NCBI GenBank assembly: GCA_028692745.1
Contig: JAQUWR010000002.1
Location: 1 to 54,226, forward strand
Reading direction: 5' to 3'
DNA length: 54,226 nucleotides
Origin: Minisyncoccota bacterium
GTDB taxonomy: Bacteria > Patescibacteriota > Minisyncoccia > Minisyncoccales > Minisyncoccaceae
Both the position numbers and the translations under genes were made by a program. The notes beneath the pieces are model-generated. The model was not told the origin of the DNA and ran no database searches. It saw only the letters and a list, made by a program, of their open reading frames with translations. Below, one piece after another: positions 8,165 to 16,274 of this stretch (positions are counted from its first letter, which is position 1; every line of letters begins with the position of its first letter).

Positions 8165-9121
8165 ATATTTGTTTTTATTAATATTGTGTTCTTCTAATGT
8201 TTTAGAAAAAACAGTTTCTTTTGTTGGTTTTGAAAGATAGTACCAATAGTTTGTTTTAATTGGATAAATTGCAGCTTTAATGCTTTCAATGCCAGGATTG
8301 CATATTGGTCCCTTTGGTAAGCCCCTGTATTTATATGTATTGTATGGAGAATCTATTTTTGTATCTTTTATTGAGATGTTTTGTTTTTTTTCACTTAAAA
8401 TATACATAATACTAGCATCGACCTGAAGAGGCATTTTAGCTTCTATTCTTTTCCATAAAATTCCTGAAACTATTTGTTTATCTTCGTAGTTTATTACTTC
8501 TTTTTCAATTAAAGAAGCCATTGTTATTATTTCAAAAATTGTTTTATTTTGTTTTTTAATATCTTCTTTTAATTCCGAAGTTAATTTTTTATTAAAATTT
8601 TCTAAAATTATTTTAATAGTGTTTTCTAAAGTTTCATTTTTTTCAAGTAAATACGTATCAGGAAAAAGATATCCTTCTAGGGTAGGAGGGTTATCTTCCT
8701 CAATTTTTAAAGTATTAGAATTAATTAAATCAAGAACATCTTGTTTTTTAAATAAGCTTTTTTCTTCTAAGTATTCTGCTATTTCTTTATTGTTCCAACC
8801 CTCGGGAATTGTTATGCGATTTTTTATAGTTTTCCCTTTTGAGAGAATTTCAATGATTTCATTGTTGTTCATGTTTGAATTAAGAGAGTATTCTCCTGCT
8901 TGAAGGTTTTTAAGATTATTGTTTAAAAAAGCAGTTACAAGAAAAGAATAAGAACTGTTAATAATTTCTTGGTTTTTTAATTTAGAGGCGATATTAAAAG
9001 CTGTTTCTCCTTTTTCAATAATAATTATTTTTTCTTGGAAAGTAGAGGGTTTTTGATAAGAAAACAAAAAAGGAATAGCTATGATGGCCAATAAGACTAA
9101 TAATATTTTGAATATTTTCAT
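8156..9121 (-). CDS. mltG: Endolytic murein transglycosylase MltG (YceG-like)
   Basis: N-terminal TM helix and the YceG signature YNTYKYRGLPKGPICNPG. Confidence 0.85.
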   Translation of the reverse strand: MKIFKILLVLLAIIAIPFLFSYQKPSTFQEKIIIIEKGETAFNIASKLKNQEIINSSYSFLVTAFLNNNLKNLQAGEYSLNSNMNNNEIIEILSKGKTIKNRITIPEGWNNKEIAEYLEEKSLFKKQDVLDLINSNTLKIEEDNPPTLEGYLFPDTYLLEKNETLENTIKIILENFNKKLTSELKEDIKKQNKTIFEIITMASLIEKEVINYEDKQIVSGILWKRIEAKMPLQVDASIMYILSEKKQNISIKDTKIDSPYNTYKYRGLPKGPICNPGIESIKAAIYPIKTNYWYYLSKPTKETVFSKTLEEHNINKNKYLK

Positions 9122-9129
9122 ATAAAATC

Positions 9130-9158
9130 ATTTTATTAGAGAAACAAGATTTGGTCAA
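9130..9158 (-). promoter_or_regulatory. Sigma70-like promoter of mltG, leaderless geometry
   Basis: Minus strand reads TTGACC, 17 nt, TAAAAT, 8 nt, ATG (9121). Confidence 0.45.
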
Positions 9159-9165
9159 TTCTGTA

Positions 9166-9194
9166 TTGACAAATATGTATTATTTTTATAATAT
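9166..9194 (+). promoter_or_regulatory. Sigma70-like promoter upstream of the greA leader
   Basis: TTGACA (9166-9171), 17 nt, TAATAT (9189-9194). Alternatively TATAAT at 9187-9192 with a 15-nt spacer. Confidence 0.45.
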
Positions 9195-9335
9195 AGTCTT
9201 ATAAATTATGAACTCTAACGTAAAGACAATTTATACCATTATTTCTGCTAAAAAAACATTGGCATGGTTTAACGTCTTTATGACAACAAGAAAGAGGGCA
9301 TAAAAACATAAACAATAATAGAATCTTATACTATT

Positions 9336-9363
9336 AAACCCTCTTTTAAAACAAAGAGGGTTT
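9336..9363 (+). terminator. Hairpin (attenuator/terminator-like) 16 nt before the greA start
   Basis: aaaccctcttt / aaagagggttt, perfect 11-bp arms with a 6-nt loop, followed by ATTG. The U tract is short. Confidence 0.45.
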
Positions 9364-9378
9364 ATTGTAAAAATTCTT

Positions 9379-9843
9379 ATGAATATGCAGGCATATTATG
9401 TTACCAAGGAAAAATTAAAAGAAATTGAGACTGAACTGGAAAACCTTAAAAAATTAAAAAAAGAGGAATTTTCTGCTGGTTCTCCTTCTCTTTTTGAGGG
9501 AGAAGATATTAATCCTGATTTTGCTTTTTTTCAAGATAGCCTAGAAGAAATTGATTCAAGAATAGAGGACTTGGAAAATATTCTTAAAAATCATATAATA
9601 ATTAAAACACCAAAAGAAAAGGACAAAATAAATCTTGGAGCAAAAGTTATTTTTAAGGATAATTCTTCTTTGGAAAACGAATTTAAAATAGTTGGCACTC
9701 TAGAGGCTAATCCCTTTGAAGGAAAAATTAGCAATGAATCTCCAATTGGAATAGCTTTAATTGGAAAAAAAGTAGGAGACACTGTTTCTGTAGGACAGGA
9801 TAATAGCTACAGAATTATTAAAATAAATTATGAAGAAGCTTAA
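9379..9843 (+). CDS. greA: Transcription elongation factor GreA
   Basis: C-terminal domain FKIVGTLEANPFEGKISNESPIGIALIGKKVGDTV preceded by a coiled-coil N-terminus. Confidence 0.85.
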   Translation: MNMQAYYVTKEKLKEIETELENLKKLKKEEFSAGSPSLFEGEDINPDFAFFQDSLEEIDSRIEDLENILKNHIIIKTPKEKDKINLGAKVIFKDNSSLENEFKIVGTLEANPFEGKISNESPIGIALIGKKVGDTVSVGQDNSYRIIKINYEEA

Positions 9844-10588
9844 TAAAAAACATATTGTTTGTTTATTAATTATTTTAATGATTTTTTCTTTTGTTTGGTT
9901 TGATTCTGTATTTTTAAAAAATAATAGTGCTATTTTTGCTGATGAATTAAAAAAAGCAGGAGAAGCAAGCGATGTGATTATAATTTTTAATTCAGGAGGA
10001 TTTGGAACAGTTGATTTTGATCATGCTTATGATTTAAAACCAATTATTGATAATTTAGAAGAAGTTGTTGAAAGCATGAATTATAATGTTTCAATTATTC
10101 CATATTATAGAACCAGAGAAACAGTAATAGGAAAAATAGGACACTTAAAAGAAATGGTTTTTGGTTTTCCTAAGCAGTCCAAAGATATGGCCGAGCAAAT
10201 AAAAGAATTTTTAAAACAAAACCCTGAAGATAAAATTATAATGACAGGACTTTCTAATGGAGCAGCATTTGTTGCTTCAATAATGGATGATTTAAAAGAT
10301 ACAGGAAATAATGTTTTGGCAATAGAATTAGGGGCTCCTTTTTGGTCAGATAAAAATATTAATGATAATGTTTTATTTTTAGACAACAATGGGAATGATG
10401 TTTTAACAGCAGGAAATAAAAAAGAAATTATATCTTCTTTTATAAAGGCACCATTTAAGTGGACCTATTCAATAATTTTAAATAAAAAAATATCTTATGC
10501 TGAAGCAATGGAAGCACCAGGACACCGTTATTACTGGGAAAACATTAAAGCAGATGTTGTTAGTTTTTTTGAAAATAAACTAAAATAG
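9830..10588 (+). CDS. Membrane-anchored hypothetical protein, possible alpha/beta-hydrolase-like (GLSNG)
   Basis: N-terminal TM helix and a GxSxG-like GLSNGAAF. No confident family assignment. Confidence 0.3.
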   Translation: MKKLNKKHIVCLLIILMIFSFVWFDSVFLKNNSAIFADELKKAGEASDVIIIFNSGGFGTVDFDHAYDLKPIIDNLEEVVESMNYNVSIIPYYRTRETVIGKIGHLKEMVFGFPKQSKDMAEQIKEFLKQNPEDKIIMTGLSNGAAFVASIMDDLKDTGNNVLAIELGAPFWSDKNINDNVLFLDNNGNDVLTAGNKKEIISSFIKAPFKWTYSIILNKKISYAEAMEAPGHRYYWENIKADVVSFFENKLK

Positions 10589-10589
10589 C

Positions 10590-10618
10590 TTGCAGGCTTA
10601 GGTTTTTTGTATTACAAT
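10590..10618 (+). promoter_or_regulatory. Sigma70-like promoter, leaderless geometry
   Basis: TTGCAG (10590-10595), 17 nt, TACAAT (10613-10618), 7 nt, ATG 10626. Confidence 0.45.
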
Positions 10619-10625
10619 TTAATTA

Positions 10626-11618
10626 ATGAATAAACCATTAATTCTTATTATAATATCTTTTTTAATTGGAATTGTTGCGTTTTTTTTGATGGGAAGATTA
10701 ATCGGATGGGATGAAATAGGAAAGGCTTTTAGTGTTTTTACTTTTTGGCAAGCAACAATTATTTTATTTTTAACATTAATTATTTCTTTATTAGGTAATT
10801 TAAGGTGGAAAGAAATATTAGCTAGCCAAGGCATTGATATGTCTTTTTTTAAATTATATAAGATATATCTTGGTGGTTATTCAATAATGTATCTTTTTCC
10901 CTCAATTCTTTTGGCTGGTGAATTTTTTCGAATGTATGGATTAACAAAAGAAAGAGGTTTGAGCTGGAAAAGGACGTCGCCGTCTGTGATCATTGAAAGA
11001 GTTTTAGAATGGACAGGAAATTTATTGGTTGTTTTTATAGGATTGTTTTTGTTTGTTTTTAAGCTTTCTTATTTTCCTAAAAAAATAGTTGTTATTTTCG
11101 GAATAGCTTTTCTTTTCTTTTTATTCGCAGTCGTATTTTTTTACACAACAGCTTTAAGAAAAAGAAGTATTGTTCATTTAATTGTTAAAAAATATAAAGA
11201 AGGTCAGGAAAATGGATTGCTTGAGGTAGAGAACAAGGTTTTTGAATTTTTTGATCTAAAATCAAAAGCCTTAAAAAAGGGACTGGCCTTGTCTTTGGTG
11301 AGAGCTTTTGTTATGCAAATAAGGGTATGGATATTAATATTTTTCTTAGGGCAAAATATTGGATTTTTACATTCTTTTTCAATTTTAGGGTTTTCTTATT
11401 TATCATCAATGATTCCTATTCCAACTTCTTTAGGAACCCATGAAGCAATACAAATAGCTGCTTTTCGAGGGATTGGATTACCTGGTTCAATGGCAGCAGC
11501 GTTTACTTTAATAATTAGAGCAGCAGAAATAATTTTATCTTCTTTTGGTTTAGTGTATATTATTAAAATGGGATTTAATTTAATGAATAATAATTATGAA
11601 AATAAACAAGATAATTAA
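10626..11618 (+). CDS. Flippase-like / lysylphosphatidylglycerol-synthase-TM-region family membrane protein (UPF0104-like)
   Basis: About 8 TM helices, with topology and length typical of the family. Assignment is by general resemblance only. Confidence 0.45.
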   Translation: MNKPLILIIISFLIGIVAFFLMGRLIGWDEIGKAFSVFTFWQATIILFLTLIISLLGNLRWKEILASQGIDMSFFKLYKIYLGGYSIMYLFPSILLAGEFFRMYGLTKERGLSWKRTSPSVIIERVLEWTGNLLVVFIGLFLFVFKLSYFPKKIVVIFGIAFLFFLFAVVFFYTTALRKRSIVHLIVKKYKEGQENGLLEVENKVFEFFDLKSKALKKGLALSLVRAFVMQIRVWILIFFLGQNIGFLHSFSILGFSYLSSMIPIPTSLGTHEAIQIAAFRGIGLPGSMAAAFTLIIRAAEIILSSFGLVYIIKMGFNLMNNNYENKQDN

Positions 11619-12273
11619 ATATTTAATATTGTCTGACATAGCATTTTTTACTGGGTGGGGACTAATTACGCCAATATTCCCAATTTTTATAATTGATAAG
11701 ATTCAAGGGGGAACCGTCCTAGTTGTTGGTATTGCTTCGGCTATATATTGGATAGTTAAAGCTTTATTAGCGTTTCCTATTGGGACACTGCTTGATAAAT
11801 ATGCTGGAGAAAAAGATGATTTTTTATTTTTAATTTCAGGATTTTTTATTGCCTCTATTGTTCCTTTTGGTTTTGTTTTTGCAATGTATCCGTGGCATAT
11901 TTACTTACTACAATTTTTTTATGCTGTGGGAATGGCAATGGCAATTTCTGGGTGGAGAGCAATTTTTACTAAAAATATTGATAAAGGAAAAGAAGCTTCA
12001 GAGTGGAGCTTGGACGATTCTTTGCTTGGATTTGGAACAGGTGTAGCCGGAATTTTTAGTGGGTACATGGTTTTAAATTTTGGCTTTATAGGTTCTTTTA
12101 TCGTGGCCGGAACATTAGGATTAATGGGTGTTTTAATTATTTTTCTTTTAAGAAAAGAAATGCAAGTTTCTGCAAGAGGAATACATGCTAATATTATGGA
12201 TTTTTTTAATGGACGAAAAAGAACACAATCTCATGCTAATATTAAAGATATTATTGGTGACAACAAAAGATGA
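11596..12273 (+). CDS. Half-size MFS-like membrane protein (6 TM)
   Basis: Six predicted helices and a loop motif GTLLDKYAGEKDD resembling MFS motif A. Only 225 aa. Confidence 0.4.
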   Translation: MKINKIIKYLILSDIAFFTGWGLITPIFPIFIIDKIQGGTVLVVGIASAIYWIVKALLAFPIGTLLDKYAGEKDDFLFLISGFFIASIVPFGFVFAMYPWHIYLLQFFYAVGMAMAISGWRAIFTKNIDKGKEASEWSLDDSLLGFGTGVAGIFSGYMVLNFGFIGSFIVAGTLGLMGVLIIFLLRKEMQVSARGIHANIMDFFNGRKRTQSHANIKDIIGDNKR

Positions 12274-13973
12274 AAAATCAAGAAATAGCTCAAATTTTAT
12301 TTGAGATTGGAGAATTTTTAGAGCTTGGAGAAATTCCATTTAAACCACAGGCTTATCAACAAGCTGCTGTTGCTATTGATAATTTAGAAGAGGATATTTC
12401 CAAGATATACAAAGAAAGAGGAATAAAGGGTTTAAAAGAAATTCCTGCGGTCGGAGAAAGCATTGCTTTAAAAATTGAAGAATATTTAAAAACAGGAAAA
12501 ATTAAATATATAGAAGAGTTGAAAAAAATAACACCAGTTGATGTTGATGAGTTAACAAAGATAGAGGGGTTAGGAGGAAAAAGAATTAAAAGGCTTTATA
12601 AAGAATTAGGAATTAAAACTATTAAAGACTTAGAAAGAGCTATTGAAGAGCATAAAATTGCTTCTTTGTTTGGTTTTGGCGAGAAAATGGAAGCAAATAT
12701 TACTGAAGCAATTAAATTTCTTAAAAAATCAAAAGGCAGATTTTTGTTAAGAAATGTTTTAGATGATGTTTATAGAATAGAAAATATATTTAAAAAAATA
12801 AAAGGAGTAGAAAAAGTTTCTGTAGCAGGATCAGCAAGAAGAAGAAAAGAAACAATAGGAGATATTGATTTTCTTATAGCAATCAGAGATACAAGTGATA
12901 AGTATTTGGTTGAAAAAATAATGAATACTTTTGTGGGAATGGATGAAGTGATTAAAATAGTAAATAAAGGAGAAACAAAATCATCTATTAAGACCAGACA
13001 AGGCCTTGATATGGATTTACGTTTAGTTTCTTTGTCTTCGTTTGGATCAGCATTACAATATTTTACTGGTTCTAAAGAACATAACATTGCTTTGAGAAGA
13101 ATTGCTATTAGAAAAGGATTAAAACTTAATGAATACGGATTGTTTAAAAATAATAGAAAAATAAAAGGAGAAACAGAAGAAGAAATTTATGAAAGATTAG
13201 GAATGGACTGGATTTATCCTGAATTAAGAGAGGGTGAAGAAGAAATTGAATTAGCTCAAAAACATCAACTACCTAAATTAATAGAATTAAATAATATTAA
13301 GGGAGATTTTCATTGTCATAGTAATTGGAACGGAGGAGAAAATTCAATTAAAGAAATGACAGAAAAAGCAATTAGCTTGGGCTATGAATTTTTAGGAATT
13401 ACTGATCATACACAATCTTTAAAAATAGAAAACGGATTAAATGAAAAAAGATTGATAGAGCAAAGAAAAGAAATAAACAGTATTAATGAAGAGCTTAAAA
13501 AACAAGGAATTAATTTTAAAGTTTTACAAGGTTCTGAAGTAGATATTTTAAAAAATGGAACATTAGATATTGACAATAAAACATTAAAAACTCTTGATTA
13601 TGTTTCAATTAGTGTTCATTCTAATTTTAAAATGGACAGAGAATCAATGACGAATCGAATAATTAAAGCAATGGAAAATTCTTATGTTAAAATTTTAAAT
13701 CATCCCACGGGAATGATTTTAGGAAAAAGAGACTCTTATGAAGTTGATATTGAAAAGATTATAAAGAAAGCGAAAGAAAAAAATATTGCTTTAGAGATTA
13801 ATTCTTATCGATTTGATTTAAATTATCAATTAGCTAGAAAAGCTAAAGAAATGGGAGTAAAATTAGTAATTGGTAGTGACGCACATAATACAAAAGAGTT
13901 AGAAGATATGCGTTTTGGAGTTTTTCAAGCAAGGAGAGCGGGACTAGAAAAAAAGAATATTATTAATTGTTAA
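12270..13973 (+). CDS. DNA polymerase X family protein with C-terminal PHP domain
   Basis: HhH repeats, the nucleotidyltransferase motif GSARRRKETIGDIDFLI, and PHP motifs GDFHCHSNW and GSDAH. Confidence 0.85.
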   Translation: MKNQEIAQILFEIGEFLELGEIPFKPQAYQQAAVAIDNLEEDISKIYKERGIKGLKEIPAVGESIALKIEEYLKTGKIKYIEELKKITPVDVDELTKIEGLGGKRIKRLYKELGIKTIKDLERAIEEHKIASLFGFGEKMEANITEAIKFLKKSKGRFLLRNVLDDVYRIENIFKKIKGVEKVSVAGSARRRKETIGDIDFLIAIRDTSDKYLVEKIMNTFVGMDEVIKIVNKGETKSSIKTRQGLDMDLRLVSLSSFGSALQYFTGSKEHNIALRRIAIRKGLKLNEYGLFKNNRKIKGETEEEIYERLGMDWIYPELREGEEEIELAQKHQLPKLIELNNIKGDFHCHSNWNGGENSIKEMTEKAISLGYEFLGITDHTQSLKIENGLNEKRLIEQRKEINSINEELKKQGINFKVLQGSEVDILKNGTLDIDNKTLKTLDYVSISVHSNFKMDRESMTNRIIKAMENSYVKILNHPTGMILGKRDSYEVDIEKIIKKAKEKNIALEINSYRFDLNYQLARKAKEMGVKLVIGSDAHNTKELEDMRFGVFQARRAGLEKKNIINC

Positions 13974-14884
13974 AAAAAATGAAAAAAACAAAAGTATTAT
14001 TATTATTTTCTGGAGGATTAGACTCTTTATTGTCTGCTTTAATTTTAAAAAAGAAAGGAGTTAGCGTTATACCTTTTTGTTTTTCTAGTTATTTTTTTGA
14101 TTGTAAAAAATCATTAGAAATGATCAAGCAAACAGGATTAAAATTAAGAGTTGTTGATATTTCTAAAGACCATTTAAAAATGATTAAATCTCCAAAGTAT
14201 GGAAGAGGGGTTGGAATGAATCCTTGTGTTGACTGTCATTTAATGATGCTTAAAAAATCAAAACAAATAATGAAAAAATATGGTTACGATTTTATTGCTA
14301 CTGGAGAAGTATTAGGGCAAAGACCTTTTTCCCAAAGCAATCAAGCGCTAGATTTGATAGAAAGAAAAGCAGGTCTTAGAGGATTAATATTAAGACCATT
14401 GTCAGACAAGCTTTTAAAAGAAACAAAGTTTGGTAGTGAAGATTTTTATGGTATTTCTGGTAAAGGAAGAAAAGAGCAATTAAAATTAGCAAAAGAATTT
14501 AAAATTAAAAATATTCCAATGCCTGGAGGAGGATGCATTTTAACTGATTCTAATTTTTCATTTAAGTTAAAAGAGTTATTTGACAGAAAGAAAAACTTTG
14601 ATGGGAACGATATTCAAATATTAAAATTGGGAAGAGTGTTTTTTAAAGATACATTTTTTATTGTTGTTGCTCGAAACCAAAAAGAATGTAAAGAACTAAT
14701 TAAGTATAGGAAAAGAGGGGATATTGTTTTGGAACCCAGTAATTTTTCAGGGCCAACAGTGTTAATCAGAAAAACAAAAAAATCATCCCAAGATGAGATG
14801 ATTAATTTTGCTTCAGAGTATATTATTAAATTCAGCAAAGATGTTCCTACTGAGCCAGTGATTGCTATTTTACCATTTCTATGA
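13967..14884 (+). CDS. PP-loop ATP pyrophosphatase, ThiI-like catalytic domain without THUMP
   Basis: PP-loop LLFSGGLDS, NPCVDCHLMM, IATGEVLGQRPFSQ (cf. ThiI TGESLGQVASQ). No N-terminal THUMP region. Confidence 0.6.
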   Translation: MLKKMKKTKVLLLFSGGLDSLLSALILKKKGVSVIPFCFSSYFFDCKKSLEMIKQTGLKLRVVDISKDHLKMIKSPKYGRGVGMNPCVDCHLMMLKKSKQIMKKYGYDFIATGEVLGQRPFSQSNQALDLIERKAGLRGLILRPLSDKLLKETKFGSEDFYGISGKGRKEQLKLAKEFKIKNIPMPGGGCILTDSNFSFKLKELFDRKKNFDGNDIQILKLGRVFFKDTFFIVVARNQKECKELIKYRKRGDIVLEPSNFSGPTVLIRKTKKSSQDEMINFASEYIIKFSKDVPTEPVIAILPFL

Positions 14885-15209
14885 TTTTATCAACAGCTTC
14901 TGGTTTTTCTTTAACTAGAATTGATAAAATTTTTCTATCGATTTGAATATCTTTTTTCTTTAATCCAGCTATAAATTTGCTGTAGCTTAATCCTTTTTCT
15001 TTCAAGAAAGCTGAAAGTTGAGTTTGCCAAAGTCTTCTTTTTTCTCTTTTCTTTACTTTTCTGTCTCTTGTTGAATAAGACCAAGCCTTCATCAAAGCTT
15101 GTTTAGCTAGCTTATATTTAGATTTTCTTCCCCATTTGAAACCTTTAGCTTGTTTTAAAACTTTTTTTCTTCTTTTGTTAGCTATGGTCCCTCTTTTGAC
15201 TCTTGCCAT
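14865..15209 (-). CDS. rplT: 50S ribosomal protein L20
   Basis: MARVKRGTIANKRRKKVLKQAKGF is a typical L20 N-terminus. Confidence 0.95.
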   Translation of the reverse strand: MARVKRGTIANKRRKKVLKQAKGFKWGRKSKYKLAKQALMKAWSYSTRDRKVKKREKRRLWQTQLSAFLKEKGLSYSKFIAGLKKKDIQIDRKILSILVKEKPEAVDKIIEMVK

Positions 15210-15210
15210 A

Positions 15211-15396
15211 TTATTTACCTAGTAATTTTCTTATTATCTTTGTTTCAGGTTCAGACATCTTTACCATTTTGCGAAGACCTCTTCTTTTATTAGAAGATTG
15301 TTTTGATAAAAGATGGTCTTGCCCTACTGCTCTCCTCATGACCTTTCCATTTTTTGTTATTTTGAATCTTTTTGTTAATGATTTTCTTGTTTTCAT
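15211..15396 (-). CDS. rpmI: 50S ribosomal protein L35
   Basis: MKTRKSLTKRFKITKNGKVMRR, 61 aa, in the infC-rpmI-rplT order. Confidence 0.95.
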   Translation of the reverse strand: MKTRKSLTKRFKITKNGKVMRRAVGQDHLLSKQSSNKRRGLRKMVKMSEPETKIIRKLLGK

Positions 15397-15397
15397 A

Positions 15398-15907
15398 TTA
15401 CTTCTTTAAAATAATCATTGATAATCCTTTTGGTTCTTTTTTTAATTCTTTTTCTATCTTTATATCGATTTTTTCTTTTATTTTATCTATAAACTTATTA
15501 ATTTTTTCAACTCCTACTTCTGGTAATCGTTTTTCTCTTCCTTTAAGTCTTAATTCAATCCTTACTTTTCCTCCTTTTTTAAGGATTTTTTCTGAAGCAG
15601 AAACTCTTGTTAAAAGATCATTGTCTGAAATATTAAAAGATAATTTAATTGTTTTAACTTCACTTTTTTTGCTACCAGTTAATATTTTTCTTTCTTTTTT
15701 TTGAAGCTGATAAAGATATTTACCATAATCACCAATTCTACATATAGGAGGAGAAACTTTTTCAGTTACTTGGATTAAGTCTAATCCTTTTTCTTTTGCC
15801 ATTTCTATTGCTTTGCTTAATGGCAAAACTCCTACTTGTTGTCCTTCTGTGTCAATTAGTCTAACTTCTTCTGCTCTTATTTGATTGTTGTATAAGGTTT
15901 TATTCAA
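15398..15907 (-). CDS. infC: Translation initiation factor IF-3, non-AUG (UUG) start
   Basis: NNQIRAEEVRLIDTEGQQVGV and the IF3 C-terminal domain. An in-frame TAA lies 3 codons upstream, and there is no ATG before the conserved core, so the start is UUG (15907) or AUA. Confidence 0.9.
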   Translation of the reverse strand: MNKTLYNNQIRAEEVRLIDTEGQQVGVLPLSKAIEMAKEKGLDLIQVTEKVSPPICRIGDYGKYLYQLQKKERKILTGSKKSEVKTIKLSFNISDNDLLTRVSASEKILKKGGKVRIELRLKGREKRLPEVGVEKINKFIDKIKEKIDIKIEKELKKEPKGLSMIILKK

Positions 15908-15926
15908 GTTTATTTATTTTATTTTG

Positions 15927-16274
15927 TGGAGGTGGCGAGTAATGAGCTCGCGTCCAAAAATGATCCAATAATAATTCTACAAGCTTATTCTATCTTAATT
16001 TTACGTGTTTATTGTCTTTAAGATAGAAGAAACAACAATAACACGGATTCGTTGATTTTCAACATTTATCCCTGAATCAAGAAATAAATGCTCGTCTCGC
16101 TATATTGTGCCCTTGATATTTAGCGAGAATCAAAGTCAAGGACAGCATTAAGCGTAAGCTAATGCGGGTTCTTTAGAAAAGTCTACACTTATCAAAGTTT
16201 CCCAAGGATTAACGAGGATTGAGACCTCGGCCTGCCTTATTATTTTCAAATTTCTGTCGAAGCGAATCACCCCC
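15927..16274 (-). ncRNA. ssrA: tmRNA (SsrA), about 348 nt
   Basis: Minus strand starts GGGGGUGAUUCGCUUCGACAG and ends GGACGCGAGCUCAUUACUCGCCACCUCCA. The 7-bp acceptor stem GGGGGUG/CACCUCC has a G3:U pair and discriminator A. CCA is not encoded. Adjacent to smpB. Confidence 0.85.

Noticed and set aside
16267-16269. Alternative genetic code (UGA recoded, as in Gracilibacteria/Absconditabacteria).
   Set aside because: TGA closes many conserved ORFs at the expected protein length (smpB and the ATGA junctions at 6938, 20516, 26889, 29098, 30108 and 31544). No conserved gene is interrupted by an in-frame TGA.
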